This document shows positions 23,933 through 32,409 of a stretch of DNA of 39,092 nucleotides, in pieces (positions within the stretch are counted from its first letter, which is position 1; each line of letters begins with the position of its first letter). Below the pieces are notes generated by a model. That model worked only from the letters and a program-made list of their open reading frames with translations, was not told the origin of the DNA and did no database searches. Source of the stretch: Candidatus Micrarchaeota archaeon (GTDB lineage: Archaea > Micrarchaeota > Micrarchaeia > Micrarchaeales > CABMGC01); the NCBI GenBank assembly GCA_021791075.1, contig JAJYXH010000075.1, forward strand, positions 1 through 39,092. Reading direction: 5' to 3'. Made by a program: the position numbers and the translations under genes.

Positions 23933-24343
23933 ATGGCAGCTACAAGCGGCGGAAGCAGTGGAGTGTTTACTAGTGACCTGAGCACATCGGACTTTTGGAT
24001 GCTGCTCGACAAAGGCTACATGCCTGTCGGGCTTGTGCTGGGCAATTCTGTGTACAGCATGGGCGTCGTGGGCGGGTTGGGAAGCGCTGTGAAGGGAATG
24101 TCAAAGGGGGAGGTCCCGCAGATAACAGAGCTGATGTACAATGCCAGGGAGCTTGCACTGGGCAGGATGAAGGACGAGGCCGAGAAGCTCGGGGCAGATG
24201 GGGTCATCGAGGTCAAACTCAACGTGGTGCCGATGGGAAGCTGGATGGAGATAACCGCGATAGGCACCGCAATCAAGTTCGTCGGAATCAAGGGCGGCGG
24301 GTCTGGAAACAAGCCGACCATAGTGCTTCCTCTCGACAAGTGA
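23933..24343 (+). CDS. YbjQ/UPF0145 (DUF74) family protein with an N-terminal extension
   Basis: 136 aa. The core ...ELMYNARELALGRMKDEAEKLGADGVIEVKLNV...MEITAIGTAIKF matches my recollection of the YbjQ-family consensus. Confidence 0.78.
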   Translation: MAATSGGSSGVFTSDLSTSDFWMLLDKGYMPVGLVLGNSVYSMGVVGGLGSAVKGMSKGEVPQITELMYNARELALGRMKDEAEKLGADGVIEVKLNVVPMGSWMEITAIGTAIKFVGIKGGGSGNKPTIVLPLDK

Positions 24344-24347
24344 CCGA

Positions 24348-25163
24348 ATGCCAATAACAAGGGGCGAGCGGGAGAAGTTACGCACACACACTTTTAGCGA
24401 AGACAAGAAGGGGGAGTTCAGCGCCACCCACATGGTGGCTCCGGAGATCCGCCCCGGCAACGCGCTCGCGCTATCCCTTGTCCTTCTGGCGTCCAACGCC
24501 CCTGTGTTTGCACTTAACATCCCCGGGAGCCTGATACTTGCCTTCTACATCGCCCTGGTCATTGGAGCGCACTCTATACTCTGGATATCCGTGTACAGCC
24601 TTGCGTTCTTCATCCTCTGGCTACTTGTTGCCGCCCCGCTCAGTGCGCTCTCTAAGGCAAGGCTTTCAGGCATGAAGGCATCAAACCCTGCCGGATCGAT
24701 GCTGATGTCACTTGCCTATCTGGAGCCGGTTGTAGTGATCTCGTATCTCGGTGTATTGATGATCGCCTTGCACAAGCTGTACACGATCAGTCTGTACTGG
24801 GCCGCATTCATCGTCCTTCTTGTCATAGCCACCGTGCTCTACATCGCGAACCTGAATGTGTCCATCGCGATCCAGCTCATGTACGGCAAGAGGATATACA
24901 GGAACACCGCGCTGAACAGGAGCTGGCTCTTCCTAAGCGGCCAGTCTCTGCGGATGATGCTGATAAACACTGCCGCATTCCTGCCGCTGATCGTTGCAAT
25001 CCTCGCCGGTGCACTCTTCGCGGGCACACTCCCGGCATGGTACCTGGTGCCTGTGCTCTTCGTGATCGCCGATCTCTGCACCTCGTGGTGGCAGGCGTGC
25101 ACGTCGCACGTCTATTCGGAGATATCCTCCAAGATAAAGCCTATGCAGTACTCAAGGCTTTAG
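24348..25163 (+). CDS. Hypothetical polytopic membrane protein
   Basis: 271 aa. ATG lies 5 nt after the YbjQ-like stop, so co-transcription is likely. About 6 TM helices. Confidence 0.55.
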   Translation: MPITRGEREKLRTHTFSEDKKGEFSATHMVAPEIRPGNALALSLVLLASNAPVFALNIPGSLILAFYIALVIGAHSILWISVYSLAFFILWLLVAAPLSALSKARLSGMKASNPAGSMLMSLAYLEPVVVISYLGVLMIALHKLYTISLYWAAFIVLLVIATVLYIANLNVSIAIQLMYGKRIYRNTALNRSWLFLSGQSLRMMLINTAAFLPLIVAILAGALFAGTLPAWYLVPVLFVIADLCTSWWQACTSHVYSEISSKIKPMQYSRL

Positions 25164-25232
25164 CGGCGTGAGCGGGAGTCGGCGAAGAAGGACTTCCCGG
25201 CAGGAAGCGGATTTATACCTGCGCTTTCCAAC

Positions 25233-25450
25233 ATGTGTCAGTCACACGGGTCCTCGTTGTCCGAGGTAAGATCAGTGCATGCCAGAACTACCGTCAACAT
25301 CGCGGTGCTCTCCCAGTCACCGCTTATCCTCACCATGGCATACGCGCATCCAGTAACTCCGCTATCGATTGTCAATTCCTCCATTCCGGTGCCTGTCGGC
25401 ATAGTCAGCTACGGTCTATACAACGTCTCCAATGTCATCTGGACCGCATA
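25233..25450 (+). pseudogene. N-terminal remnant of a thermopsin paralogue
   Basis: ...AVLSQSPLILTMAYAHPVTPLSIVNSSIPVPVGIVSYGLYNVSNV parallels VLSLLSPIIRVSSAQLVTPLSIFNSSIPMPVGIASYGLYNVSNA of the intact gene at 26125. A 28-nt stretch is identical (agctacggtctatacaacgtctccaatg). Similarity is lost after that. Confidence 0.65.
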
Positions 25451-25554
25451 CAGGAAAGGCAGACACTCTGCCATATCTGATCCTGCAATGCGGCGCAGGA
25501 TCGTACGCTCAAGAGAACGATAGTATTACATATAATACCAATGTACTCTATATT

Positions 25555-26076
25555 ATGTTACTGGACGAGTGGCGAAAGTTTAAGGGATTCGCAGTACTGG
25601 AGTACTTCCTCTGGAACGGCGAGAAGATCCACATCAAAGGTCTGGCAAGACTGTTGGAGATAAGCCCGAATACCGCCGCCGACGTATCTTCGACTCTACG
25701 AGAAGGAGGGATCCTGAACCGGGAAGAGGCGGGGAATATTGCGCTTTACGGCTCATCCGGCAATAGCACTGTTGCAGAACTTAAGAGGATGTACATATTG
25801 CTGAGAATATCCAAGTACGCCAAGTCGTTTGTGGAAGAGAACAAGAATATAAGTTCGTTGATACTCTATGGCGGCACGGCGAGGGGGGAATATGACAGGA
25901 ACAGCGATGTCGATCTGCTCGCAATATCCCAGAGCAAGAGTCCGGAGCCGAAGGGCATACGCGCAATGGAGGCCGGATTGGGCAGGGAGGTAAAGATCGA
26001 GGTGCTGGGTCTGGGCGAGCTGAGGAAGCTGGCTGACAAAAAGGACACACTTTATGTAAAACGATCTCTCAATTAA
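25555..26076 (+). CDS. Winged-helix plus minimal nucleotidyltransferase (MNT, pol-beta superfamily) protein
   Basis: ATG at 25555 sits behind an A+T-rich TATA-like stretch. The NTase signature is LYGGTARGEYDRNSDVDLLAI (G-x-x-x-R-G...D-x-D). The N-terminus is wHTH-like (IKGLARLLEISPNTAADVSSTLREGGIL). Confidence 0.8.
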   Translation: MLLDEWRKFKGFAVLEYFLWNGEKIHIKGLARLLEISPNTAADVSSTLREGGILNREEAGNIALYGSSGNSTVAELKRMYILLRISKYAKSFVEENKNISSLILYGGTARGEYDRNSDVDLLAISQSKSPEPKGIRAMEAGLGREVKIEVLGLGELRKLADKKDTLYVKRSLN

Positions 26077-26124
26077 AACTCACGTTACGTGCAAATGCTG
26101 CGGTCGAGTATAAAAGGCAATAAA

Positions 26125-27384
26125 ATGGATAGCAAGATAAAACAGGCACTATGTTTGATGTTCGTTCTCTCCCTCTTATCGCCAATAATACGTGTTTCAT
26201 CTGCCCAGCTTGTCACCCCCCTCTCCATCTTCAACTCCTCCATCCCTATGCCTGTGGGGATAGCCAGCTACGGTCTATACAACGTCTCCAATGCCACCGG
26301 GCCGTACAAGATCGAGACGAACGAGATCATCGGCTTCGCGAGGATCGACTCCATAAACGCGTACAACTCCAGTCCTCCGGCCAATACATCTGCGTACGGG
26401 GCAACGGTCCAGCTCAACGTGGTCATGAACGTCACCTCAGTCAGCGGGAACAGGTACTCGTACTGGATCCAGGACGTGATGGACGTGAACACCAGCAACA
26501 GGACATACGTCATAGGCGACAACGTCTGGAACTTCACCGGCGTGATATCGAACGTCACCAACGAGACCCTCAGCGGCGAGGGAAATGTCACCCCTCCATC
26601 GTCAAATGACCCGTTCTCGCTGAACTTCACCGCCGGATTCTACTCGGCCGGGTTCAACACCACATACAACCTGAACCCACCCACGTACTTCCTGCCTGTC
26701 ATAGAGGTCAGCGATCCCGGTCAGCATCCGCTTGCCAGGATAGGGTACATAGACAACAACAGGTACGTATTCTACGATAACGTCACGTTCAACATAACTG
26801 CCGCAAGCGCATACCTCCTCGTCACTCCATACTACCTGACCCCGGTACGGAACGCATCGTCAAATGCGACCGGCAATTACTACGACGCGGAGATGGTCCT
26901 GGGCGGGGAGGGCAGCGGTGCGATAGCGAGTTTCAACAATACCAATGCGACGCTGTGGATCGGGTATAACAACGGCAGCGCCATAGTTCCGTTCCCCTCG
27001 GTGGGCACGTTCGGCGTTGACACGGAAGAGGCTGCAGTGAACCTCACCACGTCTCAATCAGGAGGTAACGTCGCGGTAAAGAACGGTCCGCTTAACTACG
27101 GCCAGACGCTTTACCTGTCCGGCGTGCCGGCATTCCTGCAGCAGGCTACAACTCCGGCACAACCAACTACGACCGTTGCAACGAACTATACGACAACGCA
27201 AGCGACTACAATCCTGCCATCGGCATCGCAGAACCAGTCCAATGCCTCGACGTCAGTCGGGTCTCCAACTCCGCCTTCCGGAACAGGTGGTTCAGATTCG
27301 GCGATCGTCGCTGCCGTAGCAGTCATGGGGGTAGCAATCATCTACCTGATAATAAGGTCGATGCGGAGATCCGCAAAGGGCTGA
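26125..27384 (+). CDS. Thermopsin-family (peptidase A5) acid protease with a Thr/Pro-rich stalk and C-terminal TM anchor
   Basis: It matches my memory of Sulfolobus thermopsin: PVGIASYGLYN, YSYWIQDV, IGDNVWNFTG, YYDAEMVLGGEGSG, TFGVDTEEAA. The signal peptide starts at MDSKIKQALCLMFVL; the track start at 26089 is GTG. Confidence 0.9.
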   Translation: MDSKIKQALCLMFVLSLLSPIIRVSSAQLVTPLSIFNSSIPMPVGIASYGLYNVSNATGPYKIETNEIIGFARIDSINAYNSSPPANTSAYGATVQLNVVMNVTSVSGNRYSYWIQDVMDVNTSNRTYVIGDNVWNFTGVISNVTNETLSGEGNVTPPSSNDPFSLNFTAGFYSAGFNTTYNLNPPTYFLPVIEVSDPGQHPLARIGYIDNNRYVFYDNVTFNITAASAYLLVTPYYLTPVRNASSNATGNYYDAEMVLGGEGSGAIASFNNTNATLWIGYNNGSAIVPFPSVGTFGVDTEEAAVNLTTSQSGGNVAVKNGPLNYGQTLYLSGVPAFLQQATTPAQPTTTVATNYTTTQATTILPSASQNQSNASTSVGSPTPPSGTGGSDSAIVAAVAVMGVAIIYLIIRSMRRSAKG

Positions 27385-27445
27385 CCGTTCCGTCAGGGTT
27401 TTAATAGTTATTAGACAAAGTCTATCTGCTGAATAGTGATGATCG

Positions 27446-28906
27446 ATGGTCGACGACTTCAAGCTTGAGAAGCTCAAGAAGCTGAAGGGCAAGGGGATAA
27501 ACCCCTATCCCTACTCGTTCAAGGTCTCACACAAGTCTGTAGAAGTTATCGACGGATTTGCTTCCCTTGAGGGGAAGGAGGTCAGCGTTGCGGGAAGGAT
27601 GGTCAAGCGCAGGGGCATGGGAAAGCTGATCTTCATAGACCTTCTCGACGCCAGCGGCAAGTTACAGGTGCTCGCGCGCGATGACGCCACGGCAAAGGAG
27701 GCGATGGAGCTGATCGAGCTCACCGATGTAGGGGACATAGTCGGAGTGAGGGGAAACGTCATAAAGACAAAAAAGGGCGAGGTAACCGTAGAGGCAAAGG
27801 AGGTGACGATGCTTGCAAAGTCGCTGCTGAGCCTTCCGGAGAAGTACCACGGGCTGACTGACGTCGAGGCAAGGTACAGGAAGAGATATCTCGACCTTAT
27901 AATGAATCCCAAGGTAAGGGGCTTCCTCTCAACAAGGGCCACGATACTCAAGCATGTTAGGGACACTCTCGATTCAGCTGGATACATAGAGTTTGAGACC
28001 CCTGTGCTCCAGCCGACGTACGGAGGGGCGAACGCGAAGCCTTTCCTAACCGAATACAACGCGCTAGAGACGAAGGTCTTCCTGAGGATCTCGGACGAGC
28101 TCTACCTCAAGAGGCTGGTGGTCGGGGGGTTCGAGAGGGTCTACGAGGTCTCGAAGGACTTCAGGAACGAGGACATAGACTCGACGCACAACCCGGAGTT
28201 CACCCAGGTCGAGTTCTACGAGGCCTACAAGGACTACGAGGACTTCATGAAGTTCACCGAGCAGCTGCTCTCCGGACTGGCGAAGAAGCTCTTCGGGTCA
28301 TACAGGATAACGTACCAGGGCAAGGACCTCGACTTCACGCCCCCTTTCCGGAGGGTCTATTGGGTCGAGGAGCTCAAGAAGCTGGCTGGGATAGACATAA
28401 GCGAGATGGGCGACGAGCAGGCTGTAAAGATTGCGGAGAGGGAGCACCTCGACCTCAAGATAAAGAACGCGTACCACGTGGCCGACGGGCTTTTCGACAA
28501 GTACCTCAAGCCCGATCTCTGGCATCCGGCCTTCGTAGTCGACTATCCATCATACATGTGCCCTCTCACAAAGGACAAGCGCGGAAACCCGAGGCTGAGC
28601 GAGCGGTTCGAGCTCTTCATTGCGGGCAGGGAGCTCGGGAACTGTTATTCAGAGCTCACGGATCCGGTCGAGCAGAGAAGAAAGTTCGAGGCCCAGGACG
28701 CGGAGAGGAGGAGGGGGGACTACGAGGCGCCTCCGATCGACAGCGACTTCCTGGAGGCCGTCGAGTACGGCATGCCTCCAATGGCCGGCATGGGCCTTGC
28801 GATAGACAGGCTTGCGATGATAATGACCGACAATGTCTCGATCAAGGAAGTGATTCCATTCCCGGCCGTGAAGCCGGAACAGAAGAGAGAGTCAAAGGAG
28901 CAGTAG
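27446..28906 (+). CDS. lysS: Lysyl-tRNA synthetase, class II
   Basis: 486 aa with an N-terminal OB fold ([30 protein letters not shown]). Motifs: [33 protein letters not shown] (motif 2 region), and GMGLAIDRL (motif 3). Confidence 0.9.
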   Translation: MVDDFKLEKLKKLKGKGINPYPYSFKVSHKSVEVIDGFASLEGKEVSVAGRMVKRRGMGKLIFIDLLDASGKLQVLARDDATAKEAMELIELTDVGDIVGVRGNVIKTKKGEVTVEAKEVTMLAKSLLSLPEKYHGLTDVEARYRKRYLDLIMNPKVRGFLSTRATILKHVRDTLDSAGYIEFETPVLQPTYGGANAKPFLTEYNALETKVFLRISDELYLKRLVVGGFERVYEVSKDFRNEDIDSTHNPEFTQVEFYEAYKDYEDFMKFTEQLLSGLAKKLFGSYRITYQGKDLDFTPPFRRVYWVEELKKLAGIDISEMGDEQAVKIAEREHLDLKIKNAYHVADGLFDKYLKPDLWHPAFVVDYPSYMCPLTKDKRGNPRLSERFELFIAGRELGNCYSELTDPVEQRRKFEAQDAERRRGDYEAPPIDSDFLEAVEYGMPPMAGMGLAIDRLAMIMTDNVSIKEVIPFPAVKPEQKRESKEQ

Positions 28907-28912
28907 CACGAA

Positions 28913-29683
28913 TCACGAGTATGTGAAGACTACCCTTATATTCTCAACAACGGAGCTAGTGCCGCCGTATATATGCACCTGTTTGGCAGCAGGCGAGGCG
29001 CTCGCCGTGTTGAAGTAGACTCCCGGGTAGAAGTTCGAGCTGCTTACCGATATGTTCCTTGCCACGAGCGCGGCATTTCCTGCAAGCGACTGCGCCTGCA
29101 CGGTTGCGTTCGTAAGCGCGGCCTGGAGGGCCTCCTGCCTCAGGGCGGAGATCTGCGAATTGGAGAGCAACGTCTTTATGCTGTCTATCGACACATTCGG
29201 TATGTTGGCGAGGGCTGTAAGTGCCAAGCTGATATTGTCTATGCTCGGTATCGTTACGATTAGAGACTCTGTTGCACTATATCCTGTAGAGTTGCAAGGC
29301 GGGTAGATCGTTGTAACCTCATAATAATTCTGGCATGTGTTCTTCTGCAATGAATAATAATTGGTGGATATCATGCTCAGGTTCCCGCCAACGTACCTGT
29401 ATAAGGTCTTGTTCACCGCGGTTATGGTTGTTGCGAGCGATGCGGTAGCGGCCTGCGCCGTTGTCCCGTTTCCTGTTGCCGTCAGGTATATCTGGGCCTG
29501 GGTCGGAAGCGAGGTTGCGGATCCGGTGGCAGAGACTACGACCGTGTGTGTCGGCTGGACGACCGCGCTGTAATTCGGGCCAGGATAGGCGACAGGTCTC
29601 AGGAAGACTGCAGAGAATGCAACTGCGCCTATCACTATTATGGCTATCAGCGAGACGACTCCTAGAAGCATGTCAGATTTCAT
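28913..29683 (-). CDS. Membrane-anchored SIMPL/DUF541-domain protein
   Basis: ATG at 29683 (MKSDMLLGVV...); the track start at 29704 is TTG. TM anchor, then VVVSATGSATSLPTQAQIYL..., GYSATESLIVTI..., and ALRQEALQAALTNATVQAQSLA, which fit the SIMPL pattern. Confidence 0.6.
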   Translation of the reverse strand: MKSDMLLGVVSLIAIIVIGAVAFSAVFLRPVAYPGPNYSAVVQPTHTVVVSATGSATSLPTQAQIYLTATGNGTTAQAATASLATTITAVNKTLYRYVGGNLSMISTNYYSLQKNTCQNYYEVTTIYPPCNSTGYSATESLIVTIPSIDNISLALTALANIPNVSIDSIKTLLSNSQISALRQEALQAALTNATVQAQSLAGNAALVARNISVSSSNFYPGVYFNTASASPAAKQVHIYGGTSSVVENIRVVFTYS

Positions 29684-29731
29684 CTCCTCACGATCTCTAT
29701 GCAATAAACGGCTTATTATTCCTTTCCGTGC

Positions 29732-30196
29732 TCATGCCTTGAGCTTCGAGGTGCAGAACGCGCACCTCGTCGCCTTCTCCGGTATCGCGGAGAGGCACTC
29801 CGGGCATGTCTTGGTCCCGGCAGGCATCTTCTTGCTGTCATAGAGCTTGTGCATCGGCCTCACTATCAGGAAGAAGACCACCGAGGCCATTATTATGAAG
29901 CTTATGAGCTGGTTTATGAAGAGACCTACCTGGAAGGCGCTCCCGTTTATGGTGTAGTTAAGTGCGGAGAAGTCGTAGTGTCCGGCAACGCCTATCAGCG
30001 GCGTTATTATATCTGAGACGAAGGCAGTTACAACGGAGTTGAACGCGACTCCCATGACCACCGCAACGGCCAGGTCGATCACATTTCCCTTGGTTATAAA
30101 GTCCCTAAACTCACTTGCTAAGCCCAAACTAATACCTCCAAACCACGATGTAGCCAAGGCTGCGCTTCCAGCAAAACGCTTGTCATTATCTCCCAA
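29732..30196 (-). CDS. mscL: Large-conductance mechanosensitive channel MscL with a C-terminal zinc-ribbon tail
   Basis: EFRDFITKGNVIDLAVAVVMGVAFN is the MscL TM1 signature. The C-terminus is CPECLSAIPEKATRCAFC. There is no in-frame ATG: TTG at 30196, or more likely TTG at 30127, which lies 6 nt after GGAGGT. Confidence 0.85.
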   Translation of the reverse strand: MGDNDKRFAGSAALATSWFGGISLGLASEFRDFITKGNVIDLAVAVVMGVAFNSVVTAFVSDIITPLIGVAGHYDFSALNYTINGSAFQVGLFINQLISFIIMASVVFFLIVRPMHKLYDSKKMPAGTKTCPECLSAIPEKATRCAFCTSKLKA

Positions 30197-30457
30197 TCAG
30201 CGCGTATCTCCCAGTCTGGATATTACAAGGATTGCATAGATGACTGCCGCGAAGAAGATGACATCGAGCACGAAGTTCGTGTAGTTAGGAAACCAGGGGA
30301 AGTACTGCGGCGCCAAGACCCTTCTCACGAGCCATGATGTAGGCCATCCGTACCACACGCCACCGACCAATCCTTCTGGGGTCGTGTTTATTAGTCCCGT
30401 AACCAACGTAGCAACTATTCCGCCACCAACCGATCCAACGGCTTTTGAGATTTTCAT
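30197..30457 (-). CDS. Small (86-aa) Trp/Gly-rich membrane protein upstream of mscL
   Basis: ATG start, two hydrophobic helices, and a stop abutting the mscL ORF. Confidence 0.45.
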   Translation of the reverse strand: MKISKAVGSVGGGIVATLVTGLINTTPEGLVGGVWYGWPTSWLVRRVLAPQYFPWFPNYTNFVLDVIFFAAVIYAILVISRLGDTR

Positions 30458-30521
30458 GATGCTAATGCGATGGTCGGATTTAAATATTTATGTGAAGGCC
30501 GCTCCATCCGTCCAATTGTGG

Positions 30522-31454
30522 CTACAGAAGGAAGCCGAGCACGAGAAGGGCGCCGAAGGCGATCGCGAAGCGCGAGCCCAGCTCCGCGGAGTTCGGTGGG
30601 GCCTTGCGCGGGGATGCCACTGCACCGATCAGCGAGCCGGCATACGGTATACTGGCGAGCGTCACGAGGGAGAAGAGCGGGATCACGCCGAGCGCCGAGA
30701 AGAGGATCACGGATGCGTAGGCCGCCACAGCCATAGACCGGAACAGAAGCTTCGCGCGGATCGGTCCGAGCCTCACCGGGAGCGTCGAGAGCCCCGCGTC
30801 GGAGTCCGATTTTATGTCGCGTATGTTGTTCGCGAGCAGTATCATCGATATCACAATTCCAACCGGAAGCGATGCGGCAAGCGCGGCGTACGAGAGCGTT
30901 CCAGCCTCGACAAAGTAGGCGCTGGCCGTGATTATGGGTCCGTACACGGCAAAGACGAGCAGCTCCCCGAGCCCTGTCGACTTGACATTCTCCCTTCCTG
31001 CTGTATAGAAGACGGCGGAGAGTATCCCGGCGAGCCCCGCCGCAAGGATCGGCATGCCCCTCAGCAGGAATATGTATGCGCCGCAGAGCGACGCAATTAC
31101 GATAAGGAGTATCGCCGCGGCAGCCAGTTTGGATTGGGTCGCGTTCCCGGAGATCAGCGGGTGCACCCTCCTCATCACCGCTATGTCCGTCCGCTTGTCG
31201 ACTCCATGCCTGAAGTCAAAGAGATCGTTGAGCATGTTGGCGGAGAAGTTGAGTGAGACCACTCCGCTGACCATCAGGACGTAGAAGAACGGGCTGAAGC
31301 CCGACGGGTAGAGCGCGGCTCCCACAGTGACCGGTATGACGCCTATCGGAAACGTCCAGAACTTGACTATCGAGGCCCATCTCCTGACGAGAGCGGCCGG
31401 ACCTGCTGTCCCACCTGGCGAGGGTCCGTTGCGTGTTGCCTTTCTTGATGGCAT
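30522..31454 (-). CDS. menA: UbiA-superfamily prenyltransferase, MenA-like (1,4-dihydroxy-2-naphthoate polyprenyltransferase)
   Basis: Asp-rich motifs NMLNDLFDFRHGVD and NNIRDIKSDSDAGLSTLPVRLG, with ~8-9 TM helices. ATG at 31454; the track start at 31493 is TTG. Confidence 0.75.
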   Translation of the reverse strand: MPSRKATRNGPSPGGTAGPAALVRRWASIVKFWTFPIGVIPVTVGAALYPSGFSPFFYVLMVSGVVSLNFSANMLNDLFDFRHGVDKRTDIAVMRRVHPLISGNATQSKLAAAAILLIVIASLCGAYIFLLRGMPILAAGLAGILSAVFYTAGRENVKSTGLGELLVFAVYGPIITASAYFVEAGTLSYAALAASLPVGIVISMILLANNIRDIKSDSDAGLSTLPVRLGPIRAKLLFRSMAVAAYASVILFSALGVIPLFSLVTLASIPYAGSLIGAVASPRKAPPNSAELGSRFAIAFGALLVLGFLL

Positions 31455-31507
31455 AAGGATAATTCCCGATAGCGTGACTTGGCCAAGGGGCAAACCGTGC
31501 TAAAATG

Positions 31508-32350
31508 CTACTGCTTCCTGAGCGCTGCAGAGGTTCCCGTCCACCCGAGATAGAGCGATGCCGCAGAGACGATCAGGCCGACAAAGCCGATTATAGCTGA
31601 GACAAGATCCAAGCCTGTGCTACCTGCCCCGACAGATGTGTACAATGAGACAGCAGAAGAGAAGCCGTTCGCAAGGCTTATCAGCCCTCCTATAAAGAGG
31701 ATTACGATGCTGGCAAGCAGGAGATTCCCTGCGGTGTTGAGCGGCTTCTGCGAGACGTCAGACGAGAGCTTCTTGTAGAGCGTTGAGAGCTTCCATCCAA
31801 AAACAAGCTCGACGACCATGAGCAGGAAGGTGAAGATCAGTAGCATGCTGAAATACGCCTGCGCACCAGATCCCGCGCTTGCGGATCCTGCGCCTAATCC
31901 AGAGTAAGAGCCAATGAAAGAGCCGACGAACGAGGTCGCTACCGAGACTATCAGCGCAAGAACTACTACCGCTATGATCGCAACGAGTATTACCGAAAGG
32001 ATCACAAGCCACTTGAGCCACTTTGAGATGCCGGCGTATGCTGCGGAGTTCTTGAACTGGCTTCTCCTGAGGTCCCTGATTCCGAACATCAGGCTGAGTA
32101 ACGCATAGACCGAGAAGACAAGGAGCACGATCTCTATTATCACGAGAAGCGCTATCAAGATAAGAACCATCGAACCTGCGCCCTGCGCCGATTGCAGTGC
32201 AGCTCCGGCGATTGAAGAAGCGCTTCCTATCAGCGTAAACACTATGATCTCTGCTATTATCGTGAGTATTACAGCTACCAGCTGGTAGAAGAAGTACCTG
32301 TTGATGCTCCTTAGCCCCTCAACTCCCAAGTTCGTTACATTGGTTGCCAT
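31508..32350 (-). CDS. Hypothetical polytopic membrane protein
   Basis: 280 aa with an ATG start, 6-7 hydrophobic helices, and Gly/Ala/Ser-rich loops. No family recognised. Confidence 0.5.
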   Translation of the reverse strand: MATNVTNLGVEGLRSINRYFFYQLVAVILTIIAEIIVFTLIGSASSIAGAALQSAQGAGSMVLILIALLVIIEIVLLVFSVYALLSLMFGIRDLRRSQFKNSAAYAGISKWLKWLVILSVILVAIIAVVVLALIVSVATSFVGSFIGSYSGLGAGSASAGSGAQAYFSMLLIFTFLLMVVELVFGWKLSTLYKKLSSDVSQKPLNTAGNLLLASIVILFIGGLISLANGFSSAVSLYTSVGAGSTGLDLVSAIIGFVGLIVSAASLYLGWTGTSAALRKQ

Positions 32351-32409
32351 GCAAACCCTTGAGAAGATATATTCGGTAAAGCTTATAAACTTTACAAGTC
32401 CGGCTCAGC

